Shown piece by piece: positions 19,667 to 27,687 of a stretch of 41,151 nt of DNA. The stretch lies in the IMG/VR virus record IMGVR_UViG_3300048560_000012, positions 1 through 41,151 of that record; one strand, written 5' to 3'. The translations under genes were made by a program, and so were the position numbers. A model generated the notes under the pieces. That model saw only the letters and a program-made list of their open reading frames with translations. It had not been told where the DNA came from and made no database searches. The DNA comes from a virus. Its lineage: Duplodnaviria > Caudoviricetes. Positions within the stretch are counted from its first letter, which is position 1. Every line of letters starts with the position of its first letter.

Positions 19667-19966
19667 ATGCCGTACTACGTCGACGCCGAAAACAAGCTGC
19701 ATTGGATCGAAGGAGAGGCTTTTGAGCATCTGCTTCCTGTCGGGAGCGCCAAGATAACAGATGAAGAAGCATCTTCCGTTCTGACGACTATGGAAGTGTT
19801 AGCGCATGAATCCCGCAGATCAGTGGACGCTATCGCAAAACTCCGCGAAATTGACATAGATAGTATCCGGTTGCTGCGCGAGTACGTTGCCGCACAAACC
19901 GATGCGCCGCAGGCTATAAAAGACAAGGAAGCCGAGGCAGTGGCGGAGAGGAGCAAATTAAAATGA
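19667..19966 (+). CDS. Probable tail fibre assembly chaperone
   Basis: Follows fibre gene; LLP.G..KITDEEA, LREID..SIR.LRE. Confidence 0.6.
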   Translation: MPYYVDAENKLHWIEGEAFEHLLPVGSAKITDEEASSVLTTMEVLAHESRRSVDAIAKLREIDIDSIRLLREYVAAQTDAPQAIKDKEAEAVAERSKLK

Positions 19967-20127
19967 ACGACCGCGAAAAAGCAATAGCGGCTGGCGGCAT
20001 CGTACTGGTATGGGGAGCGATGGCGGCAATGGGCCTTACGCCTGTCGAACAGTTCGTGCAGGTCATGCGCGATCTGCTGATCGGCCTCGGGGTATTCTCT
20101 GCCGCGCTGGCGAATCCGAAGGAATGA
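19963..20127 (+). CDS. 54-aa two-TM membrane protein, holin candidate (absent from ORF track)
   Basis: MNDREKAIAAGGIVLVWGAMAAMGLTPVEQFVQVMRDLLIGLGVFSAALANPKE; GAGGAG SD; ATGA overlap. Confidence 0.65.
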   Translation: MNDREKAIAAGGIVLVWGAMAAMGLTPVEQFVQVMRDLLIGLGVFSAALANPKE

Positions 20128-20128
20128 T

Positions 20129-20539
20129 GTGACTATCTACTACCGCGCCGGTTACAAATACCAGCTTGCCGAAAGCTACTCGGTACAAACGCCCATCAAG
20201 CCATCAGCGCCGGTCAAGCATGAATTCTTCACGCTAACCAAAACCGGCAAGTTGTGGATCAAGCGAGGCTACGCGTGGGATGGTGCTTCCGGCCCGACGT
20301 TCGATACCAAATCCTCCATGCGCCCTTCACTGGTGCATGACGTGTTCTGCCAGATTATGCAAACCGGCAAGCTCGACTACGATCTGTGGCAAGACAAGGT
20401 GAATGAACTGTTCAAACAACAGTGCATCGAGGACGGAATGTGGCCGCCAAGGGCTTGGATTTGGTATCAGGCAGTCGAATTCGCCAATGCCGGACACCCG
20501 GATCAGCCGGATTCAAACCCAATACAGGAGGCACCGTAA
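20129..20539 (+). CDS. DUF1353-like protein
   Basis: YKYQL, GYAWDGASGP, SLVHD. Confidence 0.7.
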   Translation: MTIYYRAGYKYQLAESYSVQTPIKPSAPVKHEFFTLTKTGKLWIKRGYAWDGASGPTFDTKSSMRPSLVHDVFCQIMQTGKLDYDLWQDKVNELFKQQCIEDGMWPPRAWIWYQAVEFANAGHPDQPDSNPIQEAP

Positions 20540-20805
20540 TGCCTGAAGTCGAACGCAGAATGAAAGATCACGAAGCTCACGCGCGTATCGACCGCATCGA
20601 GTCTGTTGTTGAAAAGCATTTTGAGGATCATGCCAGATTCGAAACAGCGCTAGAAGCAAACACTGCGCTGACCCAAACTATCGCCGACAACACCAGCGAG
20701 CTTGTCATGCTCGTCAAGGGCGCGAAGATCGGTAGACGGTTTCTGGTCTGGATCACACCTATCATCGTTGCGGCGATCGCAATGTGGGAATGGATGCGCA
20801 AATGA
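20539..20805 (+). CDS. Coiled-coil protein with C-terminal TM, holin/lysis accessory candidate
   Basis: AGGAGG SD; C-terminal hydrophobic helix; precedes the endolysin. Confidence 0.6.
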   Translation: MPEVERRMKDHEAHARIDRIESVVEKHFEDHARFETALEANTALTQTIADNTSELVMLVKGAKIGRRFLVWITPIIVAAIAMWEWMRK

Positions 20806-21173
20806 CCCCACACTTTCAAGCCGCTGAACTTGAGTGCAAGTGTGGGTGTGGCATGCTCCTCGCGCAAGACTTCATGGACAAGGTAGAGGGTCTACGGGTC
20901 GCCTACGGTCGGCCGCTGCGGATCAGTAGCGCCGCGCGTTGCCCCGAACACAATGCCAAGGTCAGCGGGACAGGACGTACAGGGCCGCATACGACCGGCA
21001 GAGCGATAGACTTGGCAGTGTCGCATGCCGAAGCATGGCACGTGCTGTCGCTGGTGATGCGTTATGGCTTCACGGGAATAGGAGTACAGCAGAAAGGCTC
21101 GGGCAGGTTCATCCATCTGGACGACTTGCCGAACGCGGAGGGGCAACCGAGACCAACAGTATGGAGCTACTAG
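20802..21173 (+). CDS. Endolysin, peptidase M15 family
   Basis: CKCGCG, SSAARC..HN..VSG, HTTGRAID, FIHLD. Confidence 0.88.
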   Translation: MTPHFQAAELECKCGCGMLLAQDFMDKVEGLRVAYGRPLRISSAARCPEHNAKVSGTGRTGPHTTGRAIDLAVSHAEAWHVLSLVMRYGFTGIGVQQKGSGRFIHLDDLPNAEGQPRPTVWSY

Positions 21174-21202
21174 CGCCGCAGAACACGGCAAGGTGGGACA
21201 AC

Positions 21203-21230
21203 CGGGGGCGCAATGCCCCCGACCGTTTTT
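21203..21230 (+). terminator. Hairpin terminator at the convergence of the two arms
   Basis: CGGGGGC-GCAAT-GCCCCCG then ACCGTTTTT. Confidence 0.55.
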
Positions 21231-21612
21231 AGGACAACAGACTTTCGACTTCCTTGGCTTCTATCCGCAAAAGCCGAGCGGCTTCCGGGAAATAGTCACC
21301 GTACTTCATGATCCAACAGCGCCGTGCTTCGGTAACGCCGCCTTGTTCCACGCAGTACCAAACGTCGTCACCGTCGTAGCTGACAAGCCGCTTACCTGAG
21401 AGCTCTCCCACCTTTACCCGCAGGGCAGGGGCGTACAGGGGTGGGAATGCCCCCACTGGCAGGTCTTGCCCCCCGGTAGTACGGCGGGGGCGGGGCGGCG
21501 GGGCATCTAACAGGCTATAGTCCCGCCCCTCGACGGCCTTCTCGACAGCCGGGGCGGGGGTACCCCGCTTTGCCGCTAAGGGGAATGCCCACGGTAGGAC
21601 AGGCTTTTTCAT
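21229..21612 (-). CDS. Hypothetical protein, Pro-rich N-terminus
   Basis: ATGA-coupled to the upstream gene. Confidence 0.55.
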   Translation of the reverse strand: MKKPVLPWAFPLAAKRGTPAPAVEKAVEGRDYSLLDAPPPRPRRTTGGQDLPVGAFPPLYAPALRVKVGELSGKRLVSYDGDDVWYCVEQGGVTEARRCWIMKYGDYFPEAARLLRIEAKEVESLLS

Positions 21613-22367
21613 TCGGCAGGAAGGACCCCGGCGCTGAGCGTGGCCGCGAGAGCAAGGATCGTGAGCTTATGGGTACGCCAGAATGAGAGCGCATTCCGGT
21701 CCATGCGCGAGATGGTCTCGTCCGAAAACTTTTCCCAGAAGGAAAATTTATGATTCTGGCAACCGATTTGAAGATGGGTCTCCGAGAAAGCGATCGACCA
21801 GCTTAAACCGTTCAGTGCGATCAGAGAAGAACTTTCTGGTCCAGACCATTGAAGGACACCTCTGCAGTCCGTGCAGTCCGTGCAGCGCATGCAGTCCGTG
21901 CAGCCCGTGCAGCCCGTGCAGCGCGCGCAGCCCGTGCAGTCCGTGCAGCGCATGCAGTCCGTGCAGCGCATGCAGCCCGTGCAGTCCGTGCAGTCCGTGC
22001 AGCGCATGCAGTCCGTGCAGCGCATGCAGCCCGTGCAGCGCATGCAGCGCATGCAGTCCGTGCAGCGCACGCAGTCCGTGCAGTCCGTGCAGTCCGTGCA
22101 GCGCATGCAGCCCGTGCAGCGCATGCAGCCCGTGCAGTCCGTGCAGTCCGTGCAGCGCGTGCAGTCCGTGCAGCGCACGCAGTCCGTGCAGTCCGTGCAG
22201 TCCGTGCAGCGCATGCAGTCCGTGCAGCGCACGCAGTCCGTGCAGTCCGTGCAGTCCGTGCAATACGCGGCATCCATCGCAGCGGCTTGCGCGTCTGCGA
22301 GTTCTTGGGAAAGGTAAGAAACGCCGATGTTTCCCTTAGAAGTCTTGACAGATTCGTATCTTTTCAT
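21609..22367 (-). CDS. CxxCxx-repeat protein (45 Cys in array) with C-terminal domain like that of phage pentapeptide-repeat proteins
   Basis: AGGAG SD; C-term LQIGCQNH...W..F.D..I..MD..AL.FW...K. Confidence 0.75.
   Translation of the reverse strand: MKRYESVKTSKGNIGVSYLSQELADAQAAAMDAAYCTDCTDCTDCVRCTDCMRCTDCTDCTDCVRCTDCTRCTDCTDCTGCMRCTGCMRCTDCTDCTDCVRCTDCMRCMRCTGCMRCTDCMRCTDCTDCTGCMRCTDCMRCTDCTGCARCTGCTGCTDCMRCTDCTDCRGVLQWSGPESSSLIALNGLSWSIAFSETHLQIGCQNHKFSFWEKFSDETISRMDRNALSFWRTHKLTILALAATLSAGVLPAE
21864..22260. repeat. 9-bp minisatellite, about 44 units (GCAGTCCGT/GCAGCCCGT/GCAGCGCAT variants)
   Basis: Read directly. Confidence 0.95.
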
Positions 22368-22561
22368 TTGGGATCTCCTTGGCAAAGGCGACGCAAGTCG
22401 CGGTGGATGTTGTCTAGCGCACGGCGGTCGGACGGAGTATCGCTGACCGTAGTACAGCGGCCGGAAGGATGCTTCACCTTCCAGTGTCGCTTGCCCCGAA
22501 CCATGACCAGACCGTGCTCCAGAATGAACGGAGCCAGCAAATCGCGTAGGGTTTTGTTCAT
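22364..22561 (-). CDS. HicA-like small protein
   Basis: RGKRHWKVKHPSG..T.S.TPSDRRA..NI..DLRR. Confidence 0.6.
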   Translation of the reverse strand: MNKTLRDLLAPFILEHGLVMVRGKRHWKVKHPSGRCTTVSDTPSDRRALDNIHRDLRRLCQGDPK

Positions 22562-23094
22562 ATTAGACCCCATGCGTGAGGCGCGATTTGCCGGTATAGT
22601 TCAAACGGTGGATAGCGATGCGTCCAGGTAGCATCCCCCCGAAGGTGAAAGGCATACGCTGAAAGAAACATGAACTCAGCGCTCGAGAAATGGCTGAACT
22701 CACGAACGAGATTGACCGGCGGTTCAACGGGAATAGCGTTCGTCAGTGCCGGAGGTAATACAGAGATCAAGCCAGTATGGAACGCTTGCTCCAGCGGATG
22801 TCGCTCGCGCAGCGGGTAGCGGAAAGCGTACTCGTTGCAGAGCTCCTTGCCCGTGCGCTGCATCCATGAGTAGGACGAACGAGAGGATCCTGCGTACAGG
22901 CACCACGCAGTCAGCGCAGAACTGCCGTCACCGTGGAGGCCGCGTTGCTGGATATGCTTGCTGCGGTACGCGGCATGGACAGCGGTCAAGACCTCGTATG
23001 CCGTGCGGATCAGTCGGCTCAGGTCTTGGTCGCAGGGAACCTGCGCCGCGATGATCGGCACTGGATGGAAGTAGTAGAAGAGCGGGTCAGTCAT
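22558..23094 (-). CDS. Divergent pyrimidine-dimer DNA glycosylase (DenV-like) family protein
   Basis: PIIAAQ..CD, W....R..Y.W....G.ELCNEY.FRY...H, W..R.PP; AGGAG SD at 23101-23105. Confidence 0.6.
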   Translation of the reverse strand: MTDPLFYYFHPVPIIAAQVPCDQDLSRLIRTAYEVLTAVHAAYRSKHIQQRGLHGDGSSALTAWCLYAGSSRSSYSWMQRTGKELCNEYAFRYPLRERHPLEQAFHTGLISVLPPALTNAIPVEPPVNLVREFSHFSSAEFMFLSAYAFHLRGDATWTHRYPPFELYRQIAPHAWGLI

Positions 23095-23422
23095 GGCGTA
23101 CTCCTTTGAGGTTATTACGGTGACTGAGATGGCTACAGTCCGTGCAGTCCGTGCAGTCCATGCAGCGCACGCAGTCCGTGCAGTCCGTGCAGTCCGTGCA
23201 GCGCATGCAGCGCATGCAGTCCGTGCAGTCCATGCAGCGCACGCAGTCCGTGCAGTCCGTGCAGTCCGTGCAGCGCATGCAGCCCGTGCAGCGCATGCAG
23301 CCCGTGCAGTCCGTGCAATACGCGGCATCCATCGCAGCGGCTTGCGCGTCTGCGAGTTCTTGGGAAAGGTAAGAAACGCCGATGTTTCCCTTAGAAGTCT
23401 TGACAGATTCGTATCTTTTCAT
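23087..23422 (-). CDS. Short CxxCxx-repeat paralog (21 Cys), no C-terminal domain
   Basis: N-terminus identical to 21609..22367; AGGAG SD. Confidence 0.65.
   Translation of the reverse strand: MKRYESVKTSKGNIGVSYLSQELADAQAAAMDAAYCTDCTGCMRCTGCMRCTDCTDCTDCVRCMDCTDCMRCMRCTDCTDCTDCVRCMDCTDCTDCSHLSHRNNLKGVRHD
23135..23317. repeat. Second 9-bp minisatellite array, about 20 units
   Basis: Same unit family as 21864-22260. Confidence 0.95.
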
Positions 23423-23423
23423 G

Positions 23424-23675
23424 TTATTCTCCTTCACGGCCGAGATAGTCGAGGTTGAACCACGTCCCCCGGTCAGTCAGGGTCATGCAACCCATGTCAC
23501 CGCCGAAGCAGTATTGGTGCTCATGATCGTTCCAGAAAAACTCACGCTGGACGGGCAGGTCTTTCGGCTTGCCCAGACGCGTCAGCATTCGGTTCGCTTT
23601 CGCGCAGATCTCATCAGCGTGCGTTTTGTCGCGAGCTACGGGCAGTTCAATCCAGATCTGGTCTTTCGTTTCCAT
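23424..23675 (-). CDS. Hypothetical protein
   Basis: AGGAG SD; operon context. Confidence 0.7.
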   Translation of the reverse strand: METKDQIWIELPVARDKTHADEICAKANRMLTRLGKPKDLPVQREFFWNDHEHQYCFGGDMGCMTLTDRGTWFNLDYLGREGE

Positions 23676-23679
23676 GTTA

Positions 23680-23752
23680 TTCTCCTAGTGGTTACAGGGT
23701 CGAGGCAGAATGCCTCCCGCTACCCCCGCAGTAGCGCAGGGGTAACAGGCGG
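23680..23752 (-). repeat. 73-bp intergenic hairpin+RBS element, copy 1
   Basis: Near-identical to 24907-24979. Confidence 0.85.
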
Positions 23753-23755
23753 AAC

Positions 23756-24739
23756 TCAGGTGAGCAGCGCTTCCTCGTATCGCTTGCGGAACCCCTTGTC
23801 CAGTTTCGTGGCAACCTGTTCAGCCAAGTCCCACAATTCCAGATTCAGTTCCACGTCGCGCTTGACGCGGGTGATCCCTTTCGTATGAACAGCACGACCG
23901 TTCGCGCTCTGGTATGCCATGCCCCCGCGCATGATGTTCTCCTGTACGCGGTTGAAGACGTTCCAGATATTGTCGGCTTCGTCCGCCGCACGACGGGGCA
24001 CCAGCAACGGGAGCGGCTCCTTGGCGAGTTGATGGTCTTCGCCATAGGCCAGTGCAGCGGCATTCCCGGCGAAGGGCGCGAGCCATGCTTGCGGAACCTT
24101 GATGCCCTGCATCGCCTTCACCTTGTCGGCGAGCAGTGCTGTCTCCTTGATAATGGTGTAGCTCCCCTCAATGACGCTGCTCACGTCACCGAGGTGACGG
24201 GTTTGCACCATGTTTTGACGACCCGCGCCGGTGACCAGTCCGTTGGAGCAGACCAGACGATACAGACCACCGAACATCTCGAACCGGACAGCGCCATTGT
24301 GGCCGTTGACGATGCCAACTTCAGGGAACACTTCGCCGAGAAGGGCTTTGGCGCCGTTACGACGGAAACGGATCATGTGACGCGTGGCCAGCACGTCCTC
24401 TTCGGTGCGAGCGCGATTCTGCATGGCGCGCACCGGGACAAACCCTTCCTTCAGCATGCGTTGCACGATCTCGGCAGTGTCGATGAACTCGTATTTGTCC
24501 GACACTCGCTCACTCGGCTCATTAGCGAAAGCGGCCGGAACCAGCTTACGCAGTTGCGCCATGGACAGGGACGCGCCGGTTTCTTTCGGCACGATAACGG
24601 CAGGAGCCGCGATCGCCTTGTTGAGGGCAGGTATCTTCTTGGCCAGAACGGTAGATGCTTTCTTGGCAGCGCGAGCAGCTTGCATCTTGGCGGCGAAATC
24701 GGCTTTTTGCTTGGCAGTCATTTGCTTTTTGGCAGTCAT
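23756..24739 (-). CDS. DUF932/DUF945-family protein with Lys/Ala-rich N-extension
   Basis: SDKYEFIDT, HMIRFR, NGHNG, GLYRLVCSNGL, WNVFNRVQEN..RGG, N.ELW. Confidence 0.85.
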   Translation of the reverse strand: MTAKKQMTAKQKADFAAKMQAARAAKKASTVLAKKIPALNKAIAAPAVIVPKETGASLSMAQLRKLVPAAFANEPSERVSDKYEFIDTAEIVQRMLKEGFVPVRAMQNRARTEEDVLATRHMIRFRRNGAKALLGEVFPEVGIVNGHNGAVRFEMFGGLYRLVCSNGLVTGAGRQNMVQTRHLGDVSSVIEGSYTIIKETALLADKVKAMQGIKVPQAWLAPFAGNAAALAYGEDHQLAKEPLPLLVPRRAADEADNIWNVFNRVQENIMRGGMAYQSANGRAVHTKGITRVKRDVELNLELWDLAEQVATKLDKGFRKRYEEALLT

Positions 24740-24740
24740 G

Positions 24741-24902
24741 TCAGATCTCCTTTTTCAGTTCACGATTTGCAACGGTAAGCTGGATGCCGTTCGGCAAGCG
24801 AACAAGGCTCCACTTGCCGATCTTGCGGACGACGATGACGACGTTGCCTTCCCAGCGCACGATAGGCTCGGTCGGCTTCTTGGTTCGTTCTGCCAGAGTC
24901 AT
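24741..24902 (-). CDS. 53-aa hypothetical protein (absent from ORF track)
   Basis: MTLAERTKKPTEPIVRWEGNVVIVVRKIGKWSLVRLPNGIQLTVANRELKKEI; AGGAG SD. Confidence 0.65.
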   Translation of the reverse strand: MTLAERTKKPTEPIVRWEGNVVIVVRKIGKWSLVRLPNGIQLTVANRELKKEI

Positions 24903-24906
24903 ATGG

Positions 24907-24979
24907 TTCTCCTAGTGGTTACGGGTTATCGGCGGAATGCCTCCCGCTACCCCCGCAGTGACGCAGGGGCAACAGGCGG
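24907..24979 (-). repeat. 73-bp intergenic hairpin+RBS element, copy 2
   Basis: Near-identical to 23680-23752. Confidence 0.85.
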
Positions 24980-24984
24980 GATTC

Positions 24985-25203
24985 TTACCAGTATTGGTTT
25001 GTTGCGTTGCAGTTCGTGGCGCGAGCGAGCATGTTGCGTCCCGTGCTCTTCGCGTCTTCCTTGTCGTCGGTACAATAGTCCGCGACAATCCTGTTATTGA
25101 ATTTGCATCGAATGACAGCGACGTATTCTTGCCACTCGCTGTCGCGATACACTTTTAGTTCGTGAGTGTTTGTGAAATCACTGTCAATGATTTTGCGTGC
25201 CAT
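24985..25203 (-). CDS. Hypothetical protein
   Basis: AGGAG SD; first gene after the putative early promoter. Confidence 0.7.
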   Translation of the reverse strand: MARKIIDSDFTNTHELKVYRDSEWQEYVAVIRCKFNNRIVADYCTDDKEDAKSTGRNMLARATNCNATNQYW

Positions 25204-25470
25204 GATGTTCTCCTATGTTGTCGTTGTCGGCGGGGGTCGCCGTTGCTGCATCCCGCATTGCACGAGACGCAGTCGTTGCGATCCTTCATCCTGTTGTTTG
25301 TTCCCGAGACAGTGTCATACTCGGGGCACCGTTCCTGCTCGCCGCTTGCTTGTTCCACGTTGCTGGCTCCCGCCATGACGTGCGCTGCTAGTCGGCTTGC
25401 TCTGGTGCGGGGCATTTTTATCGGCCTGTCCGTGGTGCTGGGAGTCCCTTGCGGCCTTGCTATATGAGTC

Positions 25471-25498
25471 ACTATACACTTTTAAGCGTATAAGGCAA
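25471..25498 (-). promoter_or_regulatory. Sigma70-like promoter (TTGCCT-16-TATAGT)
   Basis: Lies in an AT-rich intergenic patch. Confidence 0.55.
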
Positions 25499-25524
25499 GA
25501 ACCTTCTTTTAATGCAAAGCGCAT

Positions 25525-25548
25525 AAAAAAGCTGGGACGCATCCCGGC
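25525..25548 (-). terminator. Probable terminator of the modification operon
   Basis: GCCGGGA-TGCG-TCCCAGC (one mismatch) followed by T6 on the minus strand. Confidence 0.5.
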
Positions 25549-25572
25549 CAAAATTGCTTCATTATTCAGCGG

Positions 25573-26193
25573 TTAGTCGCCGCTGTCGCTGCTACTGTCG
25601 CTGCTACTGTCGCTGCTACTGTCGCTGCTACCGCCGCTGTCCCACCCCCCGGATGCACCTGCTCCGCTCATTTCGCCGCCTTTGCCGCTGAAGGATTCAC
25701 TTTCTTGCACGGGCAATAGAACTGGGATATCGACGGCGATCGCTGAAGGCTGATTCAGGATTGGAGAAGTAGTACCCGAAGACTGATCTTGATCGACGTA
25801 CCCCTTCGCGGTCGGTTCGCCTTCGGCTTCCGCTTCCATGAGCAATGCTGTCAATTCCTTTTCAGCATAGTCATACTGCCCTACAGTTATTGCGGCGATG
25901 ATATTGCATTCGCGATAACCGAGCAGGTTCCCCCGACAGAAGCCACCGGACGGCGGAGTATGACTGGTCGTTGTCCAACCAAGTGCTAACCAGTCTATTT
26001 CCTGGAACTTCTGCATGAAGTGCATCGCCTTGCGCAGATCGGTGATGCCACCCTTCTTACGCCAGCGCGAGACGTACTTGGTGATGCACCCTTTGAAGTA
26101 CCCCGGCCCGTAGCACGCGGCAGCGAAATCCCAATGTTGCATCTTGTCTGAACGGTAGTGATCTCCACCGATTTGAATGTCATTAGCGGCCAT
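25573..26193 (-). CDS. DUF3310 / T7 gp1.7-like putative nucleotide kinase with Gly/Ser tail
   Basis: QIGGDHY, QHWDF, GCITKYVSRW.KKGG..DL.KA.HF. Confidence 0.75.
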   Translation of the reverse strand: MAANDIQIGGDHYRSDKMQHWDFAAACYGPGYFKGCITKYVSRWRKKGGITDLRKAMHFMQKFQEIDWLALGWTTTSHTPPSGGFCRGNLLGYRECNIIAAITVGQYDYAEKELTALLMEAEAEGEPTAKGYVDQDQSSGTTSPILNQPSAIAVDIPVLLPVQESESFSGKGGEMSGAGASGGWDSGGSSDSSSDSSSDSSSDSGD

Positions 26194-26686
26194 GTTTCTC
26201 TCCTGTCAGTACAGCGTTGAAAAATGCAGCGGCACGATCATTGGGGTGACGCACTCGCTGCATGACGTGATCCATCCCGCGTCTCATGATCTCTCTGGCG
26301 TATGCGTTGCCCATGCACCATTCTTCCCGACACCAGAGCACGAGCTCCATCGCGTCACACCATTTGAGGACGTGCTTCTGGTACGGAGTGAGGTCGATCG
26401 CAGTGCCAAAGCGTGCGTCATACTCGGCTTCCACTTCAGTCAGTACGGCGGCAAGCTGAGGATTGTCCCACTTGGCCGGGGCGGGGATGTCGCCAGTGGC
26501 GGCTTCGCTCAGGTCGTGGTAAAGCGCAGCACGCACCAGCAGGAAGTCTGTCGGCTCTACTTCCAGCACGAGCATGGCGACCCCGTAGCTATGTTCGGCG
26601 ACGGTCTGTTGCCGGGTCATTCGCGCAGTGTGAAAGCGCACCACGGCAGAGGCATCGCGCAAAGCTTGGATGCGATAGTAGCTCAT
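26183..26686 (-). CDS. HD-domain 5'-deoxynucleotidase (YfbR-like)
   Basis: V.RFHT, QTVAEHSY, ALYHDLSE..TGDIP.PAK, KWCD. Confidence 0.88.
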   Translation of the reverse strand: MSYYRIQALRDASAVVRFHTARMTRQQTVAEHSYGVAMLVLEVEPTDFLLVRAALYHDLSEAATGDIPAPAKWDNPQLAAVLTEVEAEYDARFGTAIDLTPYQKHVLKWCDAMELVLWCREEWCMGNAYAREIMRRGMDHVMQRVRHPNDRAAAFFNAVLTGEKHGR

Positions 26687-27687
26687 GCTACGATCTCCGG
26701 TTGTCTGCGATCAATGCGCCGCTGGATCCAGTCGACGCATGCTTTGCGCCAATCTGGAACGGGGATTTCTGTAGCATACCGCCGAGCCGTGCGAAGCATT
26801 CCTGCCCGATAGCAAGCATGAGCTTGCTTCATGCAGAGTGCTGTCCGAAAAAATTCAGAATTGTAAAATACTCTTTGATAAGGAAGGTGGAACACTCTGA
26901 TGTCTTCGTCCAGATCTTCGGGATACACTGCCCGATTCCAAAGTGATGGCGAATCTATGCAAAGCATATCTGACGCATACGGATCATAGACGGTAACGCC
27001 GTGGTCTGCCTTGTGTGCTTGCCAGTACGGATTGTCCTCGTAGACATGCAAGCTGTCACTGACTTGGGTGTAGCGACCGACCGCTACCCCGACCCGCATG
27101 GCAACGTATTGCAGTAGGAAGCTGAACTGAACCGCGTTCGCGCCGTATGCTCCCCAGATGGCGTCGTTGCTGCGGTTGCAGACGGTCATATGCAGCTTGC
27201 CGTCACGGATCTTGAACATCACCATGTCGTTGCAGGGGATGTCCTTGCTGTCCGTGCCGAGGTCCAGCCGGGGGTCGTAGATGGAGATCACGGCGCGACG
27301 CGTGTCCGGCTGAATTTTCAAAAGATCCACGACCCTATCCAGTTGATCCATGCCGAACGCTGACCGAAGGCGATATCCATATGCGCCATGGAACGTCGTG
27401 CCGTTGTCACTGTATTCAGCAATCCGTGGCAGGTAACGCGCCGGAGTGGCGACGTCCTGTCCGCCGTTGAGGATCCACAGCGCCTCGAAGAAATGGAAGA
27501 ACGGGTTAGCGTCCCGTTCGGCGTCAAACAGGACGCATTCTTGCGGACAGTAGTAGACCGTGGCAACCGGCTCCGGGTACTCTATTACCTTCATCCCACG
27601 AGACACTCTCGGCACTCCACGTTCGCGCAGATGCAGCAATGCGAGCGGAAGCGCTTCATTGACGTTGCGTACATTCAAGACCAACAT
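26683..27687 (-). CDS. Thymidylate synthase-family dUMP hydroxymethylase
   Basis: RDANPFF, GAYGYRL, DIPCND, NRSND.IWG..GAN (Asn at the dUMP-specificity position), SLHVY. Confidence 0.85.
   Translation of the reverse strand: MLVLNVRNVNEALPLALLHLRERGVPRVSRGMKVIEYPEPVATVYYCPQECVLFDAERDANPFFHFFEALWILNGGQDVATPARYLPRIAEYSDNGTTFHGAYGYRLRSAFGMDQLDRVVDLLKIQPDTRRAVISIYDPRLDLGTDSKDIPCNDMVMFKIRDGKLHMTVCNRSNDAIWGAYGANAVQFSFLLQYVAMRVGVAVGRYTQVSDSLHVYEDNPYWQAHKADHGVTVYDPYASDMLCIDSPSLWNRAVYPEDLDEDIRVFHLPYQRVFYNSEFFRTALCMKQAHACYRAGMLRTARRYATEIPVPDWRKACVDWIQRRIDRRQPEIVA

Larger units (their letters stand above)
22261..23422. repeat. 107-bp perfect direct repeat (22261-22367 and 23316-23422), each copy adjoining a minisatellite
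   Basis: Read directly. Confidence 0.95.

Noticed and set aside
21421-21560. G-run clusters (possible G-quadruplex)
   Set aside because: Explained by Pro codons of the minus-strand ORF; no independent support.
21864-23317. Possible CRISPR array or diversity-generating retroelement TR/VR pair
   Set aside because: No unique spacers, no adenine-specific divergence between copies, and no reverse transcriptase gene.
21683-23458. Alternative-frame ORFs through the 9-bp arrays (SPCSPC, HGLHGL, ARTART, VRAVRA, QSVQSV)
   Set aside because: The repeat unit has no stop in any frame; only the Cys frame has an SD, a shared N-terminus and a recognisable C-domain.
23885-25100. Long plus-strand ORFs (297 and 238 aa) and similar antisense ORFs elsewhere
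   Set aside because: Shadows of GC-rich coding genes on the other strand; no motifs or RBS.
26183-26686. HD enzyme as DatZ of a Z-genome pathway
   Set aside because: No PurZ gene; neighbouring genes point to thymidine modification.
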